Shown here: positions 48,732 to 58,682 of the stretch, piece by piece | Numbering within the stretch: position 1 is the first letter of the stretch | Layout: every line of letters begins with the position of its first letter | NCBI GenBank assembly: GCA_965366915.1 | Contig: CBDUGN010000001.1 | Coordinates: 10,466-74,465 of the forward strand | DNA from: an uncultured Eudoraea sp. | GTDB taxonomy: Bacteria > Bacteroidota > Bacteroidia > Flavobacteriales > Flavobacteriaceae | Direction of reading: 5' to 3' | DNA: 64,000 nt | The notes under the pieces: generated by a model | Databases searched by the model: none | What the model was told of the DNA's origin: nothing | The model's input: only the letters and a program-made list of their open reading frames with translations | Translations under genes and position numbers: made by a program

Positions 48732-50405
48732 TACCGCTGTGATAGGCTTTCCGGTAGTCCCGTTTGGGAATGCAATGCCTAGCAATGCCGCTATTGTAGG
48801 AGCAATATCAGGGATTTCTGTTCTAACAGTTGTTGAGCCCGGTTTAATGCCCTTTCCATAAAAAAGAAGTGGTGTATGGGTGTCATAAATCTGAGCAGAA
48901 CCATGTGTGGAGCCTGTTTTACTATAATCAATACTTCCCGGTTTCGGAACCATTAGCACATCGCCAGAACGTTTCATATTATATCCATTTTGAATAATGT
49001 ACGGTATTCCGGCAGTGTACTCATTATTTCGCATTTGATAAGCGGTATATACCTTAGCCATATCGCTGGATGATAATAATTCATCAGCCAAGGTCTCCTG
49101 AATTTCCTTAAGACTTAAATCCAGATTTTTAATTACCTTATGGTCAAGAAATAGTTGGTTATTGGAATAATTTTTAATTAACTCAGCCGACCCATACCTG
49201 TATTTAATGAATTCTGCGAGTTTTGCCTGCATTTCTGACCTGTTAAGATATCCCGCCGGAATTTTTTGATCATTCAGGTATGCTGGAACATTGATTGCCC
49301 CATGATCTGCAGTAAGAAAAACGGTGTATTCTCCCTCGCCTACCTTAGTATCCAGATATTTGAATAAACGTTCCAAATCGCGATCCAAACGAATGTATGT
49401 ATCTTGAACTTCCTTGGAATTTACGCCAAACCAATGGCCAACATAATCTGTACTTGAATAACTTAAGGCTAAAAAGTCTGTAATATCGTCTGTTCCTAGC
49501 TGCTCCCCTTTTAGTGCTTCCAATGCAAAATCAGTAGTAATGCTATTTCCAAAAGGTGTTACCTTTAAAATTTCATATTGACTGTTCTTATCCCATAAAC
49601 CAGGAAGGTCATGAGGAAATATAGGGGCACTTTCTCCTGAGTACAAGCCCTCGTAGCTATTGTTATCAGGACTACTTTCCACATAGGTAGTTATATCCTC
49701 AATTGTATTCCAGGGCTTCTTATAATTCTGAACCACATTAGAGGAATTAAAATCCACTACCCATTTAGGTAAATTCTCCATATAATAGGTACTGCTAATC
49801 CACTTCCCTTCACCACCACCAAGGAACCAGTAAGCCGCATTTGCTGTATGACCTCCGGGTAGGACAGCTCCTCTGTCTTTAAGTGCTACAGCAATAACTT
49901 TACCCTTCATTTGTGTATGCAATCGCAACTGATCCGTGATAGTAGTTACGGACATTCTATGCGGTGACATTTTTCCCGCTTCTGAAATCATTCCAACTGT
50001 TTCGTATGAATCATCGGAAGCACAATAAACCAGTTTATCAATTTCTTTATCATACCAGTTATTACCAATAATGCCATGTGCTGCCGGCGTAGCCCCCGTA
50101 TAGACAGATGCATGTCCCGGGCCAGTACTCGTAGGTGCATAATTGAAGTGATTATTCTTACAATTAAAGCCTTCATTAACAAGGCGCTTAAAACCATCAT
50201 CCCCATAATGATTCCAAAAACGGGTCAAATAGTCATACCTCATTTGATCTACTACAATTCCCACAATCAATTTCGGAGTGGTCATAAGGGGTGAAAAAAT
50301 CTCCACTTTAGCAGGATCTTTTGCCCGCCGCTGACTTAATGCTTCCGAAGAATTTAAAATGAAGCTTATTATTAGAATGGATGTGAAAAAGCCTTTACTA
50401 AACAT
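48723..50405 (-). CDS. Alkaline phosphatase / nucleotide pyrophosphatase-family enzyme (PafA-like), secreted
   Basis: 560 aa with a signal peptide. Contains VDQMRYD, the Thr-nucleophile region APTSTGPGHAS, DYVGHWFG and LTADHGA. Confidence 0.8.
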   Translation of the reverse strand: MFSKGFFTSILIISFILNSSEALSQRRAKDPAKVEIFSPLMTTPKLIVGIVVDQMRYDYLTRFWNHYGDDGFKRLVNEGFNCKNNHFNYAPTSTGPGHASVYTGATPAAHGIIGNNWYDKEIDKLVYCASDDSYETVGMISEAGKMSPHRMSVTTITDQLRLHTQMKGKVIAVALKDRGAVLPGGHTANAAYWFLGGGEGKWISSTYYMENLPKWVVDFNSSNVVQNYKKPWNTIEDITTYVESSPDNNSYEGLYSGESAPIFPHDLPGLWDKNSQYEILKVTPFGNSITTDFALEALKGEQLGTDDITDFLALSYSSTDYVGHWFGVNSKEVQDTYIRLDRDLERLFKYLDTKVGEGEYTVFLTADHGAINVPAYLNDQKIPAGYLNRSEMQAKLAEFIKYRYGSAELIKNYSNNQLFLDHKVIKNLDLSLKEIQETLADELLSSSDMAKVYTAYQMRNNEYTAGIPYIIQNGYNMKRSGDVLMVPKPGSIDYSKTGSTHGSAQIYDTHTPLLFYGKGIKPGSTTVRTEIPDIAPTIAALLGIAFPNGTTGKPITAVLE

Positions 50406-50517
50406 GTTAAATAGGTTCAGGGTTTAAAAATGCCTAAATTAAGTTTTAAAATTTTAAATGAAGGTTAAATGAAGGCTAATATTACTATTTTTACAGCTAA
50501 AAGTATCTTTTAGTTTT

Positions 50518-51255
50518 ATGAATTACATCTCATCAATTGGCAGCTATTCTATTATGGTTTGGGAGGTTTTTAAAAAACCAACAAAGTGGTCAATAATGAA
50601 ATCTTTGATTTTAAAAGAAATTGATGAATTGATTTATGGTTCAATGGGGATCGTTATTTTTATTTCTGTTTTCATTGGAGGTGTTGTGGCCATTCAGACG
50701 GCATTAAACCTTACAAATCCACTGATTCCTAAAGACCTGATTGGTTTTGCTACCCGCCAATCGGTTATTCTTGAGTTTGCCCCTACATTTACATCCATCA
50801 TAATGGCTGGAAAAGTAGGTTCTTACATTACTTCCAGCATAGGTACTATGCGTGTAACCGAACAGATAGATGCATTGGAAGTTATGGGTGTGAATTCTCT
50901 TAACTACCTCGTTTTTCCTAAGATAATAGCCATGCTGTTTTATCCATTTGTAATTGCTATTTCCATGTATGTTGGAATTTTTGGCGGTTTAATTGCCAAT
51001 TCCTTAGGAAATTACAGTACCTCAACCGAATTTATTCAAGGTATACAACTAGACTTTATACCTTTTCACGTGACTTATTCCTTTATTAAATCTGTAGTTT
51101 TTGCTTTTATAATTGCTACTATTCCTTCATTTCATGGGTATTATATGGAAGGGGGGGCCCTTGATGTAGGCAAAGCAAGCACAACCTCTTTTGTTTGGAC
51201 TAGTGTGGTGATCATCATTGCTAACTTTGTGCTAACCCAACTATTATTAGGCTGA
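50518..51255 (+). CDS. mlaE: MlaE-family ABC transporter permease
   Basis: 245 aa, polytopic, with MRVTEQIDALEVMGVN, which is characteristic of MlaE/Ttg2B permeases. Confidence 0.88.
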   Translation: MNYISSIGSYSIMVWEVFKKPTKWSIMKSLILKEIDELIYGSMGIVIFISVFIGGVVAIQTALNLTNPLIPKDLIGFATRQSVILEFAPTFTSIIMAGKVGSYITSSIGTMRVTEQIDALEVMGVNSLNYLVFPKIIAMLFYPFVIAISMYVGIFGGLIANSLGNYSTSTEFIQGIQLDFIPFHVTYSFIKSVVFAFIIATIPSFHGYYMEGGALDVGKASTTSFVWTSVVIIIANFVLTQLLLG

Positions 51256-52022
51256 TGATAGAAGTAGAAAACTTAAGCAAATCGTTTGGAGATGTCGAGG
51301 TATTAAAGGGCATAACTACTTCCTTTGAAAAAGGTATAACCAATCTTATTATAGGTCAAAGCGGCTCCGGAAAGACCGTATTTATGAAATGCCTTTTGGG
51401 GTTAGTTGTGCCGGATAGGGGTACAATTAGTTATGATGGCAGAATGTTTTCAAAACTAACAGTAAAGGAAAAACGAAATTTAAGACAGGACATGGGGATG
51501 GTATTCCAGGGAAGTGCCTTATTTGATTCAATGACGGTTGAAGAAAATGTGATGTTCCCGATGGATATGTTTACCACTCAGTCCCGATCTGAAATGGAAG
51601 ACAGAGTCAATATTGTATTAAAACGTGTGAACCTCATTGATGCACATAAGAAATATCCGGCTGAAATTTCAGGAGGTATGCAAAAAAGAGTAGCTATTGC
51701 CAGGGCAATAGTTATGAATCCGAAGTATTTATTTTGTGATGAGCCTAACTCAGGTCTCGACCCTAAAACTGCTATTTTAATTGATAACTTAATTCAGGAG
51801 ATCACAAAGGAATTTGACATTATTACTGTAATTAATAGCCATGACATGAATTCTGTCATGGAAATAGGCGAAAAAATTATCTTCCTGCAACATGGCATTA
51901 AAGAATGGGAAGGGACCAAAAACGAAATATTCAAAACCGATAATGAAGCGGTTACCAATTTTGTCTATTCCTCGGAATTATTTAAAAAGGTCAGGCAAAT
52001 GTATATTGAAGAGAGAGACTAG
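51255..52022 (+). CDS. mlaF: ABC transporter ATP-binding protein (MlaF-like)
   Basis: 255 aa with Walker A GQSGSGKT, signature ISGGMQKRVAIARA and Walker B LFCDEP. TGATG overlap with mlaE. Confidence 0.9.
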   Translation: MIEVENLSKSFGDVEVLKGITTSFEKGITNLIIGQSGSGKTVFMKCLLGLVVPDRGTISYDGRMFSKLTVKEKRNLRQDMGMVFQGSALFDSMTVEENVMFPMDMFTTQSRSEMEDRVNIVLKRVNLIDAHKKYPAEISGGMQKRVAIARAIVMNPKYLFCDEPNSGLDPKTAILIDNLIQEITKEFDIITVINSHDMNSVMEIGEKIIFLQHGIKEWEGTKNEIFKTDNEAVTNFVYSSELFKKVRQMYIEERD

Positions 52023-52029
52023 CCACTTT

Positions 52030-53481
52030 CTACCTTAGCCTTATTTTATTATCATTCAATCGCACTTTTAACCAGTTTCGTAATTTTTCAGTATCCTCAT
52101 CAATATTCCGACGTTTTGTACCCTTTTTCCAGACAACTTCAAAAATGGGTATAGTATCTATTTTACTAAAGTCTGTTGTAATTGTATAGGCAAAACCCAG
52201 GCTTTCAAGATTTTCATAATTTAATTTAGCTTCGGCACTAATTTGTTCAAATGGTATTTGTTTAGTCGTAAGCTTGCTTAGTTTTGCTATTTCAGATTCA
52301 AGTAGATTTATACGCTCATCTTTATTTAATACTTCGGCTTTTTTAGATTCGTATAGTTCATTTATATAATTGAATTTTATTTCAGAATCATCCCTTCCTC
52401 CCTGAACAATAATAAGTTCAGTATCTTCCAAGTTTGAAAATGCGTTTTTTTGTTCAATCCAGCTGGCAATGACGTTATCTGGGATAAGTTCATCCCCCAT
52501 GCAAACCAATTCAATTGTTGAACCACCTTTCCTGTTATAATTTATTTCTGTAAGGTCTTTCAAATACCGGCCCCTATCTTTAAATTTATATAGTTCGATG
52601 GTATTATTGATCAAATCCTGGGCCTGCCTCATATATCTGGATTTCTGCCAAACATTATAAAAGGTAATTATAGCAGGTACCATAACCAAAATGGCAAATA
52701 AAGAAGCTATTCTGGCATAGAACCTTCTCTTGCGGGAATTAATGTATTTAACCATTGGAAAACGAAGGAGCTTGAGAACAATGACCGTGGCAAGCGCAAT
52801 GAAAATAGTATTTATAATAAAAAGATACATTGCCCCGGTTGCATATTCCCAATTGCCTATTGCCAGTCCGAAGCCCACAGTACATAAAGGCGGCATCAAA
52901 GCTGTTGCGATGGCCACCCCAAAGATTACGGTGGCAATAGTTCCTTTTTTTGCCCTGGCTATAACCAGTGCGAAACCACCGAAAAAAGCGATCAGAACAT
53001 CTCTGATATCCGGCTCTGTCCTTGCCAATAACTCAGAAGATTCATCCCTGAGCGGGAAAAATTCGAAGAATAAATAAGCCGTGAGAATACTTATGGTAAC
53101 CATTACCGCAAAATTCTTTAATGAACGCCGAAGCGTATCAATATCGTTTATGGCAATAGACATCCCAATACCTAGAATTGGACCCATTAGAGGAGAAATA
53201 AGCATTGCTCCAATTACTACAGCCGTGGAATTTGCATTCAACCCTACCGAAGCAATAAATATAGAACATATCAATATCCAAACTGTGTGTCCTTTAAATG
53301 GAATATCGGCAATAATAGCTTCCTTAGTAGCCTCTTGATCTGTATTTTGTCGGATATTTAAAAGCCCAAAAATAAATTTTCGGGCACTTCCATAAAATCC
53401 CTGAAAATCTTTTTTAGCCTGCTCTCCGCTTAGATTATCTTTATCTTCCGATAATGGCTTAGTATTATAATCTTCTTCCAT
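52030..53481 (-). CDS. DUF389-like integral membrane protein
   Basis: 483 aa. The N-terminal half has multiple TM helices with ISPLMGPILG and LMPPLC motifs. The C-terminal half is a soluble domain. Family name is from memory. Confidence 0.6.
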   Translation of the reverse strand: MEEDYNTKPLSEDKDNLSGEQAKKDFQGFYGSARKFIFGLLNIRQNTDQEATKEAIIADIPFKGHTVWILICSIFIASVGLNANSTAVVIGAMLISPLMGPILGIGMSIAINDIDTLRRSLKNFAVMVTISILTAYLFFEFFPLRDESSELLARTEPDIRDVLIAFFGGFALVIARAKKGTIATVIFGVAIATALMPPLCTVGFGLAIGNWEYATGAMYLFIINTIFIALATVIVLKLLRFPMVKYINSRKRRFYARIASLFAILVMVPAIITFYNVWQKSRYMRQAQDLINNTIELYKFKDRGRYLKDLTEINYNRKGGSTIELVCMGDELIPDNVIASWIEQKNAFSNLEDTELIIVQGGRDDSEIKFNYINELYESKKAEVLNKDERINLLESEIAKLSKLTTKQIPFEQISAEAKLNYENLESLGFAYTITTDFSKIDTIPIFEVVWKKGTKRRNIDEDTEKLRNWLKVRLNDNKIRLR

Positions 53482-53483
53482 AA

Positions 53484-54581
53484 TTATGTGTATTGGTCTC
53501 CAAATCGTTTTTTTACTTCTGCCAAAATACTTTTAATGGTTTGTTCCTTGGATTTGGGGCAAATCATCAGAACATCTTCTTTATCAACAATTATATAGTC
53601 TTTTAATCCATCAATAACTGCAATTTTGTCTTTAGGTAATCGAATCATATTTCCCTCAGCATCCTCGCTCAATACTTTCCCGTTAACAATGGCGTTACCA
53701 TCTTTATCTTTCTCGAGTTTTTGATATAACGAACCCCAGGTACCCAGGTCATTCCAATCAAAAGTAGCCGGAAGAACAAAAATTGATCTGGCCTTTTCAA
53801 GTATGGCATAATCTATTGAAATATTGTCTGCTTTAGGATAGTTCTTATCGATAAATTTCTTTTCATCCGAGCTATTTAGCAGGTCATATCCGGCATTGAA
53901 CAAGTCAAATTGCTCTGTTTGAAATTCCTTAAATGCAGCTAAAATGGTTCTAACACTCCATATAAAAATGCCTGCATTCCAAAGAAAGTTACCTTGGTTT
54001 AAAAATGACTTAGCTGTTTCATAATCCGGTTTCTCCCTAAATTGTTTGACGGCAAATAATCCCGAACTTTGCTCCCGGGGCGTTATTTGTTCGAACTCAA
54101 TATAACCAAATCCCGTATTTGGGAAAGTAGGTTTTATTCCAAGGGTACATATTACTTCCTCTTCCTCACATTTATCAAAACAGCTCTTAACATTATTTTC
54201 AAAGGCCTTTTCATCTTCTATCCAATGGTCACTGGGAGCCACAATCATCAAACCTTCAGGATTCATTTTTTTAATTTTCAAAGCTGCATACAATATACAG
54301 GGTGCAGTATTACGCATTACAGGTTCCAAAATCACCTGATTTGAACTTATCATAGGAAGCTGACTCAAAACAAGTTCATTATATCTTTCATTAGTAAGAA
54401 TTAGGATATTCTCTGTAGGTATAAAGTTATTGAGACGACTAAAGGTTTTTTGCAAAAGGGTATCCCCGGCACCCAACATATCGTGGAATTGCTTTGGGTA
54501 AGAAGAAGTACTAACCGGCCAAAACCGCGAACCTACTCCCCCAGCCATTAAAACCGCGTAATAGTTTTTATTTTTTTTCAT
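53484..54581 (-). CDS. manC: Mannose-1-phosphate guanylyltransferase
   Basis: 365 aa with LMAGGVGSRFWPVS, FGYIE and FLWNAGIFIW. Confidence 0.88.
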   Translation of the reverse strand: MKKNKNYYAVLMAGGVGSRFWPVSTSSYPKQFHDMLGAGDTLLQKTFSRLNNFIPTENILILTNERYNELVLSQLPMISSNQVILEPVMRNTAPCILYAALKIKKMNPEGLMIVAPSDHWIEDEKAFENNVKSCFDKCEEEEVICTLGIKPTFPNTGFGYIEFEQITPREQSSGLFAVKQFREKPDYETAKSFLNQGNFLWNAGIFIWSVRTILAAFKEFQTEQFDLFNAGYDLLNSSDEKKFIDKNYPKADNISIDYAILEKARSIFVLPATFDWNDLGTWGSLYQKLEKDKDGNAIVNGKVLSEDAEGNMIRLPKDKIAVIDGLKDYIIVDKEDVLMICPKSKEQTIKSILAEVKKRFGDQYT

Positions 54582-54584
54582 TTG

Positions 54585-55187
54585 TTATTTCTCAATTACT
54601 AGTTCAACCTCGGCATGAGGCTGAAACAGATATACCCTGCCGGATGAAACCTCAATACATTCGTATCTTTTTACTTTTCTTTGCCCCTTCCTGAATAATT
54701 TCCCATTATACAATTTAAAAATACTGCCTGAAGGTAATTCAAAAACTTGAATTTTATCAGAAGGAATATCATAAGCTTTCAAAGCCATGGACAAAGCTGA
54801 ATCTGTTGTGCTGCTGGCTTTTGGATTCCTAAAATGTTTTGCGAGGACTGGTAAAAGAGAAGAAGGAAATATTTCCGGTCTAATAAATGGAAGCATTAGG
54901 TACTGAAATGTCTGCTTCCACTCAATGCCATGAGGTCTTATTCTTCTTCCATACTTTTCGAAAGCTACCAAATGTCCAATTTCATGAATAAGCGTTATTA
55001 AAAAACGATATTTATTTGAAGTGGCATTGACAGTAATTTGATGAGAACCATTAGGAAGGAGGCGATAATCTCCATGGCGTGTAACTCTTTGATTAACTAT
55101 TTTTAAATTTACTTCATTTACCTTTATAAGTTCAAGACAAGGCTGGACCGCATTCTCAGGAAGGTATTTTAACAGTGTTTCATTCAT
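54585..55187 (-). CDS. SprT-like zinc metalloprotease-domain protein
   Basis: 200 aa with HExxH in TLIHEIGHLVAF. Confidence 0.7.
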   Translation of the reverse strand: MNETLLKYLPENAVQPCLELIKVNEVNLKIVNQRVTRHGDYRLLPNGSHQITVNATSNKYRFLITLIHEIGHLVAFEKYGRRIRPHGIEWKQTFQYLMLPFIRPEIFPSSLLPVLAKHFRNPKASSTTDSALSMALKAYDIPSDKIQVFELPSGSIFKLYNGKLFRKGQRKVKRYECIEVSSGRVYLFQPHAEVELVIEK

Positions 55188-55208
55188 TGAAGTAAAATAT
55201 TACTAAAA

Positions 55209-55889
55209 TTAGGGAGTAGTGCTACTTACCTGTAATAGTTTCCCATTATAAAAGCGTTGTCCATTTAAAGCAAAGTCCATAATATAAGCAGCCATATCAT
55301 CCGCTGTAATAGGCGCCTGATACCCGGGAAAGGCTTCTTCCAGCATTTCTGTCTGGACCGCTCCTATGGCCAGAACATTAAAGGAAGGGCCAGATTCCTT
55401 AAATTCCTCAGCCCATAATTCGGTTAAGGTAATTACCGCACCTTTACTGGAACTATAGGCTGCCAGGCCAGGAAATTTAACACTTCCCTGAACGCCGCCC
55501 ATAGAACTTATACTTACGACATGCCCACCAGCAGACATTTTTGGAATGAGCAATCTGGTAAGTTCTGCAAGTCCGAATACATTTACCTTATAAATTTCTT
55601 CAAATTCCTTCCTGGTAGTTTGAAGAAAAGGCTTGTTTAATAATTGTCCCGCGTTATTAATTAGAATATCTACAGTTTTCCAATTATCTTCTAAAAAATG
55701 TTTGAGCTTTTCAAAATCTTTGTCTTTACAAATATCAAAAGGAAATGCTGAAATATTAGCCTCATTTAATTGCTTAACCGGCTTATCATTTCTGGAAAGG
55801 GCCAAAACTTTATGTCCGCTTTGGGCAAAAAGGCGGGCTAATTCATATCCTATACCCCTACTGCATCCTGTAATTATTACGTTAGCCAT
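55209..55889 (-). CDS. Short-chain dehydrogenase/reductase
   Basis: 226 aa with ITGCSRGIGYELA, NNAG and YSSSKGA. Confidence 0.88.
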   Translation of the reverse strand: MANVIITGCSRGIGYELARLFAQSGHKVLALSRNDKPVKQLNEANISAFPFDICKDKDFEKLKHFLEDNWKTVDILINNAGQLLNKPFLQTTRKEFEEIYKVNVFGLAELTRLLIPKMSAGGHVVSISSMGGVQGSVKFPGLAAYSSSKGAVITLTELWAEEFKESGPSFNVLAIGAVQTEMLEEAFPGYQAPITADDMAAYIMDFALNGQRFYNGKLLQVSSTTP

Positions 55890-56939
55890 TTAATAATACT
55901 TTACTTCTTGTTCAGGTGAATTTGAAAATCCTTCCAATACAGGTATCATATTATTAATGAGCCTTGCCATATGTTCAAAATCCATTAGGTCTACCTCATC
56001 ACCCACCTTGTGATAAAAATTATAATTGGTGAAATCAAAGGTCACATAAGTTTGTGAAGGCACATTAAAAATCTGATGGAATGGATAGTTATCCGATCTT
56101 TGAAAAAGGCCAAATTCCTTGGCTGATGGTAAAAACCCTACCAAATTTTTATTCGCATATTTATTGGATACTTCTGCCATATTTGATTTGTCGTAACCTG
56201 TAACATAAATCATATAGTCCTTATTAACCATAGGAACACCCGTCATTTCGAAATTAATCATCATATAAAGGTCAAGACCTTCTTGCTTCAATTTTTTAGC
56301 AAGATGATTGGATCCCAGTAAACCCTTTTCCTCGGCACTGAATAATGCAAAGATGAGGCTCCTTTTATTACTTCTGGAATTTCCAAAATACCTTGCCAAT
56401 TCCAGTACGGTGGTTGTCCCGGAAGCATTATCATTGGCTCCATTCGCAATAGCATCACCATTTTCGGGTGTTAGTATACCAATATGATCATAGTGCGCTC
56501 CAATAAGGATATATTCATTTTGAAGTTTCTTATCAGTTCCTTTTACAACGCCGACAATATTATAAGCTGTTTTATGAAAATTAGACAATGTATCTCTATA
56601 AGTTTTAAAATAGGGCTTTAATTTATTTTGAAGAAAGATACCTTCAATAAATTCTGCAGCTTTTTCTATCCCTTCACTTCCTGAATCCCGGCCTTTTAAG
56701 TCATCTGACGCCAAATAGTTCATTATTCCGAGTACCCTGGTGCTATCCGAAAATTCATCACTTCTAGTTTTCTTAACTGTAGCAGCTTTGGTTTCCTTAG
56801 TATTTCGCTCTGCTGAAGTGCGTTCCAAATTTCCTTTAAGGCCATCAGGTCCGGCAGGTGGATTACTGGATTGCGTTTTTTTTAACGACCCACAAGCTGT
56901 TAAAAAAAATAGTGCTAATAGTAATATTACATGCTTCAT
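55890..56939 (-). CDS. M28-family aminopeptidase lipoprotein
   Basis: The start is taken at MKHVILLLALFFLTACGS (ATG 56937-56939); the track ORF extends to 57035 and would overlap the E2 stop. Contains AHYDHIG, GANDNASG and SAEEKGLLGS. Confidence 0.85.
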   Translation of the reverse strand: MKHVILLLALFFLTACGSLKKTQSSNPPAGPDGLKGNLERTSAERNTKETKAATVKKTRSDEFSDSTRVLGIMNYLASDDLKGRDSGSEGIEKAAEFIEGIFLQNKLKPYFKTYRDTLSNFHKTAYNIVGVVKGTDKKLQNEYILIGAHYDHIGILTPENGDAIANGANDNASGTTTVLELARYFGNSRSNKRSLIFALFSAEEKGLLGSNHLAKKLKQEGLDLYMMINFEMTGVPMVNKDYMIYVTGYDKSNMAEVSNKYANKNLVGFLPSAKEFGLFQRSDNYPFHQIFNVPSQTYVTFDFTNYNFYHKVGDEVDLMDFEHMARLINNMIPVLEGFSNSPEQEVKYY

Positions 56940-57031
56940 TTGTATTCTAAATAACAAAAGGTATCCAACATATTTAGGATACCTCATTTTACGAATAATC
57001 AGACTTTTTTTCAAGAAATAATATTGTTTTA

Positions 57032-58678
57032 TCAAGCCAACATAGTAACCGGATTTTCCAGATACGCCCTAAGGGTTTGCAAAAACTGTGCTCCGGTAGC
57101 ACCATCAACTGTTCTGTGATCGCATGCCAGGCTAATCTTCATTGTATTTCCAACAACGATTTGACCATTTTTTACAACCGGTTTTTCAACGATGGTACCT
57201 ACGGAAAGAATAGCTGAATTAGGCTGATTAATAATTGAGGTAAACTCAAGAATACCAAACATTCCCAGATTAGAAACCGTAAAAGTGCTTCCTTCCATTT
57301 CAGCAGGAGTTAATTTTTTAACTCTGGCTCTTCCTGCCAAGTCCTTGACCGAAGTTCCAATCTGAGTAAGACTCATCTGATCTGTAAATTTTAATACAGG
57401 CACTACCAAACCATCGTCTACCGCTACGGCTACACCTACATGAATATGCTGATTATATCGGGTGGTATCTCCATTCCAGGAAGTATTTACCTGCGGATGT
57501 TTTCTAAGTGCCATAGCACAGGCTTTAACTACCATATCATTAAACGAAACTTTGGTGTCGGGAAGACTATTGATCTTTTCCCTGGAAGCTTTGGCATTAT
57601 CCATATCAACCTCAATCATAAGGTAATAATGAGGAGCTGTGAACTTAGATTCACTCAATCTTTTCGCTATTACCTTACGCATTTGGGAATTTTTCACCTC
57701 CTCAAAATGTTCTTCTCCGGTTGGAAGGATTTGTGGTGCCAATACCGGACTTTCAATCGTTGTTTTGGTTTCAGCAACCTCAGCAGGAGCAACAACTTTT
57801 GCAGATGGCACAAAGTTTTCTACATCTCGTTTTACAATTCTGCCATGATCTCCGCTACCCTTTACGGCCATAAGATCAATTCCCTTTTCCGTGGCAATTT
57901 TCCTTGCTAGTGGAGAAACAAATACCCGCTGTCCTGAATCTAATTTCTTTCCCTCTTTTTCCTCTTTATTTGTCTCTTCCTGAGGCGCCTCCACCTCCAC
58001 AGTCGTGGATGTTTCAGTCTTTGAAGCAGGTTTAGCCTGCAAAACGGCTTCAATATCGGTACCATCCGGACCGATAACTGCCAATACTTCATCAACAGGT
58101 GCTGATTCGCCTTCCTGTATTCCTATGTAAAGAAGTTTCCCTGAGTAGAAGGACTCAAATTCCATGGTGGCCTTGTCAGTTTCAATTTCGGCCAGGATAT
58201 CACCCTCTTCTACTTCATCTCCTACTTTTTTTAACCAGGAAGCAACGGTGCCTTCTTCCATAGTGTCACTAAGGCGAGGCATTTTAATAATCTCAACACC
58301 TTCCGGTATTTCACCGGAAATGCCGGTTTCTGTATTAGCGGTAACTTTCTCGGTTTCTTCAATTGCTACGGTTTCTTCCTGAGCTTCAACTTTAGCAGAT
58401 GTTCCCTGGTTGCCATTTAACAAGGACGATATATCTTCTCCTTCGTCACCAATTATTGCCAATAATGTATCAACCGGTGCGCCATCTCCCTCTGCAATTC
58501 CGATATGTAACAAAGTACCTTCATGAAAAGACTCAAATTCCATGGTGGCCTTATCCGTTTCTATTTCAGCCAAGATATCTCCCTCTTCAATCTTATCGCC
58601 AACATTTTTTAACCATTTTGCAACGGTACCTTCTTCCATGGTATCGCTTAATCTGGGCATATTAATTACTTCTGCCAT
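57032..58678 (-). CDS. Pyruvate dehydrogenase complex E2, dihydrolipoyllysine-residue acetyltransferase (two lipoyl domains)
   Basis: 548 aa with two AEIETDKATMEFES lipoyl sites, a peripheral subunit-binding domain (SPLARKIATEKGIDL) and the catalytic CDHRTVDGA. Confidence 0.93.
   Translation of the reverse strand: MAEVINMPRLSDTMEEGTVAKWLKNVGDKIEEGDILAEIETDKATMEFESFHEGTLLHIGIAEGDGAPVDTLLAIIGDEGEDISSLLNGNQGTSAKVEAQEETVAIEETEKVTANTETGISGEIPEGVEIIKMPRLSDTMEEGTVASWLKKVGDEVEEGDILAEIETDKATMEFESFYSGKLLYIGIQEGESAPVDEVLAVIGPDGTDIEAVLQAKPASKTETSTTVEVEAPQEETNKEEKEGKKLDSGQRVFVSPLARKIATEKGIDLMAVKGSGDHGRIVKRDVENFVPSAKVVAPAEVAETKTTIESPVLAPQILPTGEEHFEEVKNSQMRKVIAKRLSESKFTAPHYYLMIEVDMDNAKASREKINSLPDTKVSFNDMVVKACAMALRKHPQVNTSWNGDTTRYNQHIHVGVAVAVDDGLVVPVLKFTDQMSLTQIGTSVKDLAGRARVKKLTPAEMEGSTFTVSNLGMFGILEFTSIINQPNSAILSVGTIVEKPVVKNGQIVVGNTMKISLACDHRTVDGATGAQFLQTLRAYLENPVTMLA
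58055..58666 (-). repeat. Intragenic tandem duplication: two lipoyl-domain modules (58430-58666 and 58055-58291), 375 nt apart
   Basis: Residues 5-83 and 130-208 of E2 align without gaps (INMPRLSDTMEEGTVAKWLK... versus IKMPRLSDTMEEGTVASWLK...). The DNA copies differ at many synonymous sites. Confidence 0.85.
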
Positions 58679-58682
58679 TTAC

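Noticed and set aside
57440-57910. 156-aa plus-strand ORF inside the E2 gene, and similar antisense ORFs at 15538-15948, 11247-11672 and 29508-29861
   Set aside because: All are antisense to strongly supported genes, lack motifs, and are typical shadow ORFs.
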